From: an uncultured Actinomycetota bacterium
Lineage (GTDB): Bacteria; Actinomycetota; Actinomycetes; JAHEKZ01
Reading direction: 5' to 3'
Assembly (NCBI GenBank): GCA_963718235.1
Contig: CAVQYR010000001.1
Coordinates: 1,888,001 to 1,952,000 of the forward strand
Length of the DNA stretch: 64,000 bases
The notes under the pieces are model-generated. The model saw only the letters and a program-made list of their open reading frames with translations. It ran no database searches and was not told the DNA's origin. Within the stretch, counting starts at the first letter, position 1. Every line of letters starts with the position of its first letter. A program made the translations under genes and the position numbers. Positions 14,104 through 23,686 of the stretch are shown piece by piece.

Positions 14104-16203
14104 TCAGCCGACTCCGGCGGCCCGCATGGCGCGCAGCTCCTTCTTGAGGCCGCCGATCTCGTCCCGGAGCCGGGCGGCCAGCTCGAACTGCAGCTCAGCC
14201 GCGGCGGCATGCATCTGGTCGGTGAGCTGCTGGACCAGGTCGGCCAGGTCGGCCGCCGGGATCTCGGCCAGGCGGTCGCTCCGCTCGCGGGAGACCACGA
14301 CGCCGGGCACCGGGGACCGGCCCCGCGACTGGGAGCGCCCGGTACCGCCGATGAGCGCCTCGGTGTCGGCGTCCTCGCGGGCCAGCAGCTCGGTGATGTC
14401 GGAGATCCGTTTGCGCAGGGGCTCGGGGTCGAGGCCGTGCTCGGTGTTGTAGGCCACCTGCTTGACCCGACGCCGGTTCGTCTCCTCGATCGCGTGCTCC
14501 ATCGACGGAGTGATGCTGTCGGCGTACATGTGGACCTGCCCCGACACGTTGCGCGCCGCGCGACCGATCGTCTGGATGAGTGACGTGGCCGAGCGGAGGA
14601 AGCCCTCCTTGTCGGCGTCCAGGATGCTGACCAACGAGACCTCCGGGAGGTCGAGCCCCTCGCGCAGCAGGTTGATCCCCACCAGGACGTCGAACTCGCC
14701 CATGCGCAGCTCGCGCAGCAGCTCGACCCGTCGCAGGGTGTCCACCTCGGAGTGCAGGTAGCGCACCCGGATCCCCAGCTCGAGCAGGTAGTCGGTGAGG
14801 TCCTCGGACATCTTCTTGGTCAGGGTCGTCACGAGGACCCGCTCGTGCTGGTCGGCGCGTTGCCGGATCTCGTGCACGAGGTCGTCGATCTGCCCCTTCG
14901 TCGGCTTCACCACGATCTCGGGGTCGATCAGGCCGGTGGGTCGGATGATCTGCTCGACGACGCCGTCGGCCCGGGACAGCTCGTACGGGCCCGGTGTGGC
15001 GGACAGGTACACCGTCTGGCCACGGCGCTCGGTGAACTCGTCCCACCGCAGCGGACGGTTGTCCATCGCGCTGGGCAGCCGGAAGCCGTGGTCGACCAGG
15101 GTTCGCTTGCGGGACATGTCCCCCTCGTACATGCCCCCGATCTGCGGGACGGTGACGTGTGACTCGTCGATCACCAGCAGGAAGTCCTCGGGGAAGTAGT
15201 CGAGCAGGCAGTTCGGCGGCGTGCCGGGGCCGCGACCGTCGATCGGCCGGGAGTAGTTCTCGATCCCTGAGCAGGTGCCGACCTGGCGCATCATCTCCAG
15301 GTCGTAGGTGGTGCGCATGCGCAGCCGCTGGGCCTCGAGCAGCTTGCCCTGCTGCTCCAGCTCGGCCAGTCGCTCGCCCAGCTCGGTCTCGATCTCGGTG
15401 ATCGCCCGCTCCATGCGCTCCGGCCCGGCCACGTAGTGCGAGGCCGGGAAGACGTACAGCTCGGTGTCGTCGGACAGGACCTCACCGGTCAGGGGGTGCA
15501 GCGTGGAGAGGCGCTCGACCTCGTCACCGAACATCTCGATCCGCACGGCCAGCTGCTCGTACACGGGGATCACCTCGATCGTGTCCCCGCGGACCCGGAA
15601 GGTGCCCCGGGTGAACGCCAGGTCGTTGCGGGTGTACTGGACGTCGACCAGCTTGCGCAGCAGCACGTTGCGGTCGATCTCGTCGCCCACCCGCAGCCGC
15701 ACCATGCGGTCGACGTACTCCTGCGGCGTGCCCAGGCCGTAGATCGCCGAGACGGTGGCGACCACCACGACGTCGCGGCGGGTGAGCAGGCTGTTCGTCG
15801 CCGAGTGGCGCAGCCGCTCGACCTCCTCGTTGATCGAGGAGTCCTTCTCGATGTAGGTGTCGGACTGCGGGATGTACGCCTCGGGCTGGTAGTAGTCGTA
15901 GTACGAGACGAAGTACTCGACCGCGTTGTCGGGCATGAGCTCGCGGAACTCGTTGGCCAGCTGCGCGGCCAGCGTCTTGTTCGGGGCCATGACCAGGGTC
16001 GGCCGCTGCAGCCGCTCGATCAGCCAGGCCGTCGTCGCGGACTTCCCGGTGCCCGTGGCCCCGAGCAGAACGACGTCGGGCTCCCCCGCCCTGATCCGTC
16101 GCTCCAGCTGCTCGATCGCCTGGGGCTGGTCCCCGGACGGGGAGTAGTCGGCGACGACCCGGAACGGTGCCACGCGGCGCTGCAGGTCGGTGACCGGTCT
16201 CAT
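14104..16203 (-). CDS. uvrB: Excinuclease ABC subunit B
   Basis: [22 protein letters not shown] beta-hairpin, [13 protein letters not shown]. Confidence 0.99.
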   Translation of the reverse strand: MRPVTDLQRRVAPFRVVADYSPSGDQPQAIEQLERRIRAGEPDVVLLGATGTGKSATTAWLIERLQRPTLVMAPNKTLAAQLANEFRELMPDNAVEYFVSYYDYYQPEAYIPQSDTYIEKDSSINEEVERLRHSATNSLLTRRDVVVVATVSAIYGLGTPQEYVDRMVRLRVGDEIDRNVLLRKLVDVQYTRNDLAFTRGTFRVRGDTIEVIPVYEQLAVRIEMFGDEVERLSTLHPLTGEVLSDDTELYVFPASHYVAGPERMERAITEIETELGERLAELEQQGKLLEAQRLRMRTTYDLEMMRQVGTCSGIENYSRPIDGRGPGTPPNCLLDYFPEDFLLVIDESHVTVPQIGGMYEGDMSRKRTLVDHGFRLPSAMDNRPLRWDEFTERRGQTVYLSATPGPYELSRADGVVEQIIRPTGLIDPEIVVKPTKGQIDDLVHEIRQRADQHERVLVTTLTKKMSEDLTDYLLELGIRVRYLHSEVDTLRRVELLRELRMGEFDVLVGINLLREGLDLPEVSLVSILDADKEGFLRSATSLIQTIGRAARNVSGQVHMYADSITPSMEHAIEETNRRRVKQVAYNTEHGLDPEPLRKRISDITELLAREDADTEALIGGTGRSQSRGRSPVPGVVVSRERSDRLAEIPAADLADLVQQLTDQMHAAAAELQFELAARLRDEIGGLKKELRAMRAAGVG

Positions 16204-16209
16204 GGCACC

Positions 16210-16231
16210 ACCGTAGGCGCCACCACCGACA
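16210..16231 (-). promoter_or_regulatory. RecA-NDp (PafBC-dependent) promoter of uvrB, probably leaderless
   Basis: TGTCGG-N10-TACGGT, 6 nt before the ATG. Confidence 0.8.
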
Positions 16232-16234
16232 CCC

Positions 16235-16838
16235 TCATGGCGACGACCCCATCCGGTCCCGAAGCGACGACCACAGCGCGTCGACCTTCGTGCGCAGCTG
16301 GTCCAGGCCGCCGGAGTTGTCGATCAGGAAGTGGGCCACCGCCCGACGCTGCTCGTCGTCGGCCTGGGCCCTGATCCGACCGGTCGCGTCGTCGGAGGAG
16401 AGCCCCCGAGCGGCCAGCCGGCGCAGCCGGGTCGCTTCGTCGGCCAGCACGACCACGACGACGTCGAACAGCCCCGCCATGTCCTTCTCCACGAGCAGCG
16501 GCACGTCGTAGACGACGACCGTGCCCCGCGGGACACCGGCCATCGTCTCCGCGGCCCGGGCCGCCACCTCGGGGTGCACGATCGACTCCAGGCGTGCTCG
16601 CTGGTCCGGGTCGCCGAAGATGAGCGACGCGAGGGCCGCCCGGTCCAACGACCCGTCCGGCGCGAGGACGGCGTCGCCGAACGCCTCGACCACCCGGCTG
16701 ACCGCGGGCTCGCCCGGGAGCCAGCACCTCGCGGGCCAGCTCGTCCGCGTCGACGACCAGCGCCCCGTGTTCGGCGAGCAGAGCGGCGACCGTCGACTTC
16801 CCGGAGCCGATCCCCCCGGTCAACCCGACCTGCAGCAT
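16235..16838 (-). CDS. coaE: Dephospho-CoA kinase (one extra base near 16714; probable sequencing error)
   Basis: [13 protein letters not shown] in ORF 16200-16838; [23 protein letters not shown] in ORF 16235-16693. Confidence 0.93.
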
Positions 16839-16916
16839 GGGACCAGCATGCCCGACCGGTCCGGGCGCGCCGGGAACCGGCTGCGGCCGACCGACCGGGC
16901 CGACTACCGTGCTCCG

Positions 16917-17256
16917 GTGACCACTTCGGCCGACCCGGACGCCGCGGGCGCCGAGCTCGGGGCTGGCCCACCCGGTCGGCAGCTACGACGACCTGCCGGA
17001 CGTGGCCGTTCGCGTCGTGCTGACCGTGCCCCTGGCGGCCCCGCTCCCGGCACCTTTCGCCGCGGTGCCCGGCGCCCCCGTCACGGTGCTGCCGACCCCG
17101 GAGCCGGGTCGCTTCGGCGTGCCCGGTCGCACGGGCCGATCCCATCGCCGGCGGTCGCCCTTGCGCGACGCGCTCGTCGTGGGCCTGGCCGCCGCTGCCC
17201 TGGTCTTCGGGTCGGTGGCGGCGCTGCTCGTCGTCTTGGACGTGGTGCTCGGCTGA
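16917..17256 (+). CDS. Small hypothetical membrane protein with a C-terminal TM helix; the start at 16917 needs one base removed near 16960, otherwise start is 17002
   Basis: ORF 17002-17256 ends in hydrophobic [23 protein letters not shown]; TACCGT -10 sits 6 nt before GTG 16917. Confidence 0.45.
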
Positions 17257-17281
17257 CCCGCGGCGGGGACGGGATGCAGGC

Positions 17282-18898
17282 TCAGTACGCGCCGTCGCGG
17301 CGGATGACCGCCAGGACGGTCTTCATCATGATCGTGATGTCCAGCGCCAGGGACCAGTTCTCGACGTACAGCAGGTCGAGGCGCACCGAGTCGTCCCAGG
17401 ACAGGTTCGAGCGGCCGCTGACCTGCCAAAGGCCGGTGATCCCGGGCTTCACGATCAGGCGGCGTCGCACGTCCAGCGGGTAGCGCGCCACCTCGCTGGG
17501 CAGCGGGGGGCGAGGGCCGACCAAGGACATCCGGCCACGGATCACGTCGAGGAACTGCGGGAACTCGTCGATCGAGAACCGCCGGATGAAGGCTCCGACC
17601 GGTGTGACGCGTGGGTCGTCCTTCATCTTGAACAGCAGTCCGTCGGACTCGTTCTGGTCGCCGAGCTCAGCCAGACGTTCTTCTGCATCGACGTACATGC
17701 TGCGGAACTTGTGGATCACGAACGGTTCGCCGTGGCGACCGATCCGGACCTGCCGGAAGAACACCGGACCGCGCGAGGTCAGCTTCACAGCGAGGGCTGT
17801 GGCGACGAACACCGGCGAGAGGATCAGGACGGCGACCAGGCCGAGCACGCGGTCGAGCGTGCCCTTGACGATCCGTCGGACGCCGGAGAACTCCGGCTCC
17901 TCCACGTTCAGCAGCGGCAGTCCCGCAACGGGGCGGATGTGGATCCGCGGACCGGAGACGTCGGTCAGCCGGGGAGCCACGAGCAGGCTCACGCCGGTGC
18001 CCTCGAGATCCCAGGACAGGCGCCGTAGGTCAGTCTGTGACACGTCTGACCACGCCGTCACCGCCACCGTGTCGGCACCGGTGCGCATGAGCACCTCGAC
18101 GATGTTGTCGCTGTTGCCCAGCACCGGAACACCCTCAACGCTGTCACCACGCGGGGTGTCGATGCAGACGCCCACCATCTCCAGCCCCGCGTGCGGCTCG
18201 CGGCGGACCGTTCGGATCAGCTCGGCCACCGAGCGCTCGAGGCCGACCACGACGACCCGCTGCATGCACTGTCCTTGCCGGCGCACGCGGTGCAGCCCCT
18301 GGCGGCCGGCCCAGTGGGCCACGAGCGAGAGGACCATCGCGAGCGGGATGCCGAGCGCGATCAGGGTCTGTGGGTACATGCCTTCGAACGGATCCAGGTC
18401 GAGGCTCTGCGCGGGCGGGAAGGAGTTCGAGACGACGTAGGCGATGGTGCTGCTGAAGGCCAGGAAGATGACCCCGGCGTGGAACAGCCGCTTGTACTCG
18501 TCGCTGCCGTTGCCCACGAAGCGGTGCTCGTAGGTGCGGCCCAGAGCGAGGGCGAGGACCCACAGCAGCGGGAAGGCGACCAGGAGCGACGTCTTGGGGT
18601 GGGTGATCCCCGACCTGACATGACGATCAGCACCGACACGCAGGGCGGCCATGACGTCACCGGCCACTACGGCGACGGTGTACCGGCGCAGCCACGCCTG
18701 TCGCACCTCGACGAGCGGTTGGGGGCGGGCGTAGTCACGCTGGTCAGGGGTCGAGGGGCCGCCCGGGCGTGTGACGACCGCCAGGTCGTCGGCCGTGGAC
18801 GCACGGCGCACGAGGGCAAGGTCGTCGGAGGCCCGGTCCGTGACCGAGTCGGCCCGCAACGCGTCCGTACTCACCTGGTGCTCCGCCCCGAGTGTCAT
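17282..18898 (-). CDS. Polyprenyl-phosphate priming glycosyl(phospho)transferase (WcaJ/WbaP/CpsE family)
   Basis: TM N-terminus, Rossmann-like middle, then KFRSM, DPRVT, SIDEFPQ, MSLVGPRP, KPGITGLWQVSGR, DLLYVENWS. Confidence 0.93.
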   Translation of the reverse strand: MTLGAEHQVSTDALRADSVTDRASDDLALVRRASTADDLAVVTRPGGPSTPDQRDYARPQPLVEVRQAWLRRYTVAVVAGDVMAALRVGADRHVRSGITHPKTSLLVAFPLLWVLALALGRTYEHRFVGNGSDEYKRLFHAGVIFLAFSSTIAYVVSNSFPPAQSLDLDPFEGMYPQTLIALGIPLAMVLSLVAHWAGRQGLHRVRRQGQCMQRVVVVGLERSVAELIRTVRREPHAGLEMVGVCIDTPRGDSVEGVPVLGNSDNIVEVLMRTGADTVAVTAWSDVSQTDLRRLSWDLEGTGVSLLVAPRLTDVSGPRIHIRPVAGLPLLNVEEPEFSGVRRIVKGTLDRVLGLVAVLILSPVFVATALAVKLTSRGPVFFRQVRIGRHGEPFVIHKFRSMYVDAEERLAELGDQNESDGLLFKMKDDPRVTPVGAFIRRFSIDEFPQFLDVIRGRMSLVGPRPPLPSEVARYPLDVRRRLIVKPGITGLWQVSGRSNLSWDDSVRLDLLYVENWSLALDITIMMKTVLAVIRRDGAY

Positions 18899-19124
18899 GA
18901 CCCCCCTTTCGTCTCCGCCGAGTGTGTCCCTCCGCCGCGCGCACCGTCAGCGGATTGTCCAACTAGGGCCAGGGTTCACCCGGTTCGCGGCGCCCGGATC
19001 GCCCGGTGTGTCCGTCCAGTCACGGTGAGTGGTGTGACGGGTGGTCCCCACTCCCCCGGCCCGCGAGGTGCAGAATACGCTGCCGTCCGGGTGCGGGGAC
19101 GACCGGGCGCCGCCCCACGGAAGG

Positions 19125-20582
19125 ATGTCGGTGAACCGCACGCTGCACGCAGACGAGCTGGCCTGGCTGGAGCTCATGCTCCTCGGCGCCTACCCCCGCG
19201 GCTACGGCGTCGCGGGGCCCGAGCGGTCGGTCTCGCCCCGGCGCCCCGTCGTCCCCACCCTGACCGTCCCCGCGGCCTCGGTGGTCGTGGGCGACACGAT
19301 CGCGCTGCTCGACCCCGAAGGGGTTCGCCTGGCCGACCTCGTCGTCGAGTCGCTGGCGGCGTCACCGGACGGCGTCGACCTCGTCAGCGGCGTGCCCGTG
19401 GCGCACACCGCCTTCGCCCACGCCGACTACCCGGACCTGCGCGCCGCCCCCGACGAGGTCGCGGCAGGATGGGCCGGAGGGCCCGCAGTGGCGCTGTGGG
19501 GCGACCCACCGCTGACCCTGACCGTACGGGAGGCGGCGCGAGAACACGCGCGCGAGCTGGGGCGCCAGCTCCTCGAGGTGGTGCCGCTGCCGAGCGGGCG
19601 GGACACCGACCCGTCGGCCCACCTGCCGGCCCGGCTGGCCCGTCGGGAGTCCACCCGTGACCCCGGCGACCGCGCGGTGGTGGTCGCCGACCCCGGTCTG
19701 GGCTGGAGCACGGACGACGTCCTGGCCCGCGCGTCGATCGTCGCCGAGTACGGCGCGGCGACCCTTCTGGTGCCGCCCGGTCGCCTGGCTGACCTGGGGC
19801 GCCGGCGTGAGGAGGTGGAAGCGACCGCCCGCTCCCTGGGGGTGCAGGTCGGAGAGGTGCACGCCCATGCCGGTGAGACCCGTCTGGACCGGCGGGTGGT
19901 CGACCGGCTCGTCCTTACCGAGGAGCCTTTCCCCGACTGGTTCGCCGAGCCCCCGGTTGCCGACGAGCTCCGTCGCCTGCACCGGCCCCGCGTACGGGCC
20001 GGTTTCACCGTGCTGCTCAGCGGTCTGTCCGGGTCGGGCAAGTCGACGGTCGCCCGACACCTCGCGGCCCGCCTCCTCGAGGGGGACGCGCGCGCCGTGT
20101 CTCTTCTGGACGGCGACGTCGTGCGCCACCACCTCTCCAAGGGCCTCGGGTTCAGCCGTGACGACCGGGACACCAACGTCCGTCGGATCGGCTTCGTCGC
20201 CAGCGAGATCACCAAGGCGGGGGGCATCGCCGTCGCCTGCCCGATCGCGCCGTACGACGTCACACGCAAGGACGTCAGAGCCATGGTCGAGGCCCACGGC
20301 GGCTTCGTGCTCGTCCACGTCTCGACGCCCCTGGAGGAGTGCGAGCGACGCGACCGCAAGGGCCTGTACGCGAAGGCCAGGCGCGGCGAGATCCCCGAGT
20401 TCACGGGCATCTCCGACCCCTATGAGGAGCCGCTCGACGCCGAGCTAGCCGTCGACACCACACATCTGTCGGTCGGCGACGCGGTCGACCAGGTGATGGG
20501 CACCCTGCTGCGGCTCGGTTACCTGCCGGGCGACGACGGTGCCCTCGCCCCTGAGGTGCCGCCGTTCGCCGTTCGGCGCTGA
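19125..20582 (+). CDS. cysC: Adenylyl-sulfate kinase fused to a degenerate Sat-type ATP-sulfurylase domain
   Basis: C-terminal [36 protein letters not shown]; N-terminal Sat-like scaffold (LELMLLGAYP, LLDPEG) lacks catalytic motifs; start uncertain. Confidence 0.85.
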   Translation: MSVNRTLHADELAWLELMLLGAYPRGYGVAGPERSVSPRRPVVPTLTVPAASVVVGDTIALLDPEGVRLADLVVESLAASPDGVDLVSGVPVAHTAFAHADYPDLRAAPDEVAAGWAGGPAVALWGDPPLTLTVREAAREHARELGRQLLEVVPLPSGRDTDPSAHLPARLARRESTRDPGDRAVVVADPGLGWSTDDVLARASIVAEYGAATLLVPPGRLADLGRRREEVEATARSLGVQVGEVHAHAGETRLDRRVVDRLVLTEEPFPDWFAEPPVADELRRLHRPRVRAGFTVLLSGLSGSGKSTVARHLAARLLEGDARAVSLLDGDVVRHHLSKGLGFSRDDRDTNVRRIGFVASEITKAGGIAVACPIAPYDVTRKDVRAMVEAHGGFVLVHVSTPLEECERRDRKGLYAKARRGEIPEFTGISDPYEEPLDAELAVDTTHLSVGDAVDQVMGTLLRLGYLPGDDGALAPEVPPFAVRR

Positions 20583-20620
20583 CTCGCCCACCGTCCGCGT
20601 CCACACTGGCACGGCTGCGG

Positions 20621-21880
20621 TCACTGGCTGTGCGAGCCGACCACCATTCCTGCTGCGGCAGTTGCGCCGGTGTGCTCGTCGATCAGGATGAACGACCCAG
20701 TGGTGCGGTTGCGCCGGTACTCGTCGACGAACATCGGCTGAGTGACGCGCAGGGTGACCCGACCGATCTCGTTGAGCCCCAGTGACTGGGCCTTCTCGTC
20801 TCGGTGCAGGTCGTTGACGTCGAGCCGGTACTGGAGGTCCTTCACCACGCCCTTGGCGGTCCGGGTCGTGTGCTTGATGATGTAGCGGTTGCCCGGCTGG
20901 ATTCGGGTGCCCTGCTGCATCCACACGATCGTCGCGTCGATGTCCTGCGTCGACTCAGGATGGTTGTGTGGACGGGCGATCATGTCTCCGCGGCTGATGT
21001 CGAGGTCGTCGGCCAGGCGCAGCGTCACTGCCATCGGCGGGTGAGCCTCCTGGAGGTCCTTCCCGTAGAGGTCGATCCCCGTGACCCGCGTGGTGAGCCC
21101 ACTGGGCTGGACCATGACCTCGTCGCCGATCTTGATCGTTCCACCTGCGACGGTGCCCGCATACCCGCGGTAGTCGTGGAACGCGTCGGACTGTGGCCGC
21201 ACGACGTACTGGACCGGGAACCGGACGTCGATCAGGTTCTGGTCCGAGCCGATGTGCACGTTCTCCAGGTGGTGCAGCAGCGACGTGCCCTCGTACCAGG
21301 GCATGCTGTCCGACCGGTTGACCACGTTGTCACCCTTGAGGGCCGACACCGGGATGATCGTCAGGTCGGGGATGTCCAGCTTCGCGGCGAACTGCCGGAA
21401 GTCGTCGGCGATCTCGTTGAACCGCTGCTCGTCATAGTCGACGAGGTCCATCTTGTTGACCAACAGCACGATGTGGGGCACGCGGAGCATGGTGGACAGG
21501 AACGCGTGCCTGCGGCTCTGCTCGACCACGCCGTTGCGCACGTCGACCAGGATCAGCGCGAGGTTCGCCGTCGAGGCGCCCGTCACCATGTTGCGGGTGT
21601 ACTGGATGTGCCCAGGGGTGTCCGCGATGATGAACTTGCGCTTCGGGGTCGCGAAGTAGCGGTAGGCCACGTCGATGGTGATGCCCTGCTCGCGCTCGGC
21701 GCGCAGGCCGTCGGTCAGCAGCGCCAGGTTCGTGTAGTCGGCGCCCTGGTCGCGCGAGGTGCGCTCGACCGCCTCGAGCTGGTCCTCGAAGATCGACTTG
21801 CTGTCGAACAGCAGCCGACCGATCAGGGTGCTCTTGCCGTCGTCGACCGAACCGGCGGTGGCCAGTCTCAGCAGTTCCAT
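20621..21880 (-). CDS. cysN: Sulfate adenylyltransferase subunit 1 (GTPase)
   Basis: MELLRLATAGSVDDGKST, EREQGITIDVAY, DTPGH, NKMD; no fused CysC. Confidence 0.97.
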   Translation of the reverse strand: MELLRLATAGSVDDGKSTLIGRLLFDSKSIFEDQLEAVERTSRDQGADYTNLALLTDGLRAEREQGITIDVAYRYFATPKRKFIIADTPGHIQYTRNMVTGASTANLALILVDVRNGVVEQSRRHAFLSTMLRVPHIVLLVNKMDLVDYDEQRFNEIADDFRQFAAKLDIPDLTIIPVSALKGDNVVNRSDSMPWYEGTSLLHHLENVHIGSDQNLIDVRFPVQYVVRPQSDAFHDYRGYAGTVAGGTIKIGDEVMVQPSGLTTRVTGIDLYGKDLQEAHPPMAVTLRLADDLDISRGDMIARPHNHPESTQDIDATIVWMQQGTRIQPGNRYIIKHTTRTAKGVVKDLQYRLDVNDLHRDEKAQSLGLNEIGRVTLRVTQPMFVDEYRRNRTTGSFILIDEHTGATAAAGMVVGSHSQ

Positions 21881-22794
21881 CAGAAGTATCCCTCGCGCTT
21901 GCGGTCCTCCATGGCGGCCTCCGACGCACGGTCGTCGGCCCGGGTGGCGCCTCGTTCGGTGATCCGACTCGCGGCGACGTCTTCGATGATCTTCTCCAGA
22001 CTGTCCGCGTCGGAGGCGACCGCTGCGGTGCAGGTCATGTCCCCAACGGTGCGGTAACGCACGAGCTCGTCGAAGACCTCCTCGCCCTCCTGCGGCGGGG
22101 TCACATGCGTGACGGCCATCAGCATCCCGTCGCGCAGGAAGACCTGGCGCCGGTGCGCGTAGTAGATCGACGGCAGCTCCAGCTGCTCGCGCTGGACGTA
22201 CTGCCAGATGTCGAGCTCGGTCCAGTTCGAAAGGGGGAAGATCCGGATGTGCTCGCCTGGCCGGTGACGGCCGTTGTACAGACTCCACAGCTCGGGGCGC
22301 TGGGCCTTGGGGTCCCACTGACCGAACTCGTCGCGGAAGCTGAACACCCGCTCCTTGGCGCGCGCCTTCTCCTCGTCGCGCCGTGCTCCTCCGAACACCG
22401 CGTCGAACTTGTTGTCGACGATGGCCTTGAGCAGCGGGACGGTCTGGATCTGGTTGCGCGAGGCCCTCGGTCCGGTCGGGTCCTGGACAAGCCCCTGCGC
22501 GATGGCGTCCTCGACGCTGGCGACGATCAGCCGTGCGTTCAGCTCGGCCACCCGGCGGTCGCGGTAGTCGATGACCTCGTCGAAGTTGTGCCCGGTGTCG
22601 ACGTGCATGAGGGGGAACGGGATCTTCGCCGGCCAGAAGGCCTTCTCGGCCAACCGGAGCATGACGATGGAGTCCTTGCCGCCGGAGAACAGCAGCACCG
22701 GCCGCTCGAACTCCGCGGCCACCTCGCGCATGATGTGGATGGACTCGGCCTCGAGCTGGTCGAGCTGAGTCAGCTGGTAGTCGATCGTGGTCAC
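21880..22794 (-). CDS. cysD: Sulfate adenylyltransferase subunit 2
   Basis: FSGGKDS, GARRDEEKARAKER, C-terminal MEDRKREGYF. Confidence 0.98.
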   Translation of the reverse strand: MTTIDYQLTQLDQLEAESIHIMREVAAEFERPVLLFSGGKDSIVMLRLAEKAFWPAKIPFPLMHVDTGHNFDEVIDYRDRRVAELNARLIVASVEDAIAQGLVQDPTGPRASRNQIQTVPLLKAIVDNKFDAVFGGARRDEEKARAKERVFSFRDEFGQWDPKAQRPELWSLYNGRHRPGEHIRIFPLSNWTELDIWQYVQREQLELPSIYYAHRRQVFLRDGMLMAVTHVTPPQEGEEVFDELVRYRTVGDMTCTAAVASDADSLEKIIEDVAASRITERGATRADDRASEAAMEDRKREGYF

Positions 22795-22864
22795 GCTTGC
22801 CTCTCCCGGTCGAGCATTGGTCTTCCTGGTCCCTTTGCCACTGACGCTGCCAGTGACAGCACGC

Positions 22865-23686
22865 TCAGCGGTCCGCCGCTGCAGCGAGCACTGCGTCAGC
22901 CAGCTCGGGCCTGCAGACGATCAGATCGGGCAGCGACACGTCGCGCTGGTTGTACTCCAGCGCCGACCCGTCGATCCGGCTGCAGAACAGCCCAGCCGCC
23001 CGGGCCACCGCGACCGGAGCCGCACTGTCCCATTCGTACTGCCCCCCTGAGTGCACGTAGACGTCGCCGTCTCCGAGCAGCACCGCCATGGCCTTCGCCC
23101 CGGCCGACCCCATGGGGACGAGCTCAGCCCCCAGGGCCTCGGCCACCCGCTGCGCCTCGACCGGTGGCCGGGTGCGACTCACGAGGACGCGTGGCCGGGC
23201 CGGAATCGGCGTGGTGGGCTGAGCAACAGAGTAGGTCGACAACGTGACTCCTCGCCCCGGCAACGCCACAGCACCCGCCGTGAGTTCGCCCGGACGGCCC
23301 AACGCGCCAGCCCCACGCACCCAGAGGGCGACATGGATCGCCCAGTCGTCGCGCGGCGGCTCGGAGAACTCGCGCGTGCCGTCGAGCGGGTCGACGATCC
23401 AGACCCGGTCCGCCTCGAGGCGGGCGAGGTCGTCAGCGCCCTCCTCGGACAGCACGGCGTCGAAGGGCCGGTAGTGGGCCAACGCCGCCATGAGCAGGTC
23501 GTGCGCGGTCTGGTCTCCGGCGTCCTTGAGCGCCTTGGGGTCGAAGTCACCCTGGGCGGCGAACTCCGCCCGCAGCTGCTCGAGAGCCACCCCAGCGGCG
23601 TCGGCCAACGCAGCCGCCAGCCGAGCGTCGTCGGCGGCGTCGGCCTCGTCGACGGTCGGCGGCGTGATGCCGTCGACGGGGGTCAC
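22865..23686 (-). CDS. cysQ: 3'(2'),5'-bisphosphate nucleotidase (PAP phosphatase)
   Basis: SEE, WIVDPLDGTREF, GSAG, WDSAA inositol-monophosphatase motifs; upstream of cysDN. Confidence 0.92.
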   Translation of the reverse strand: MTPVDGITPPTVDEADAADDARLAAALADAAGVALEQLRAEFAAQGDFDPKALKDAGDQTAHDLLMAALAHYRPFDAVLSEEGADDLARLEADRVWIVDPLDGTREFSEPPRDDWAIHVALWVRGAGALGRPGELTAGAVALPGRGVTLSTYSVAQPTTPIPARPRVLVSRTRPPVEAQRVAEALGAELVPMGSAGAKAMAVLLGDGDVYVHSGGQYEWDSAAPVAVARAAGLFCSRIDGSALEYNQRDVSLPDLIVCRPELADAVLAAAADR

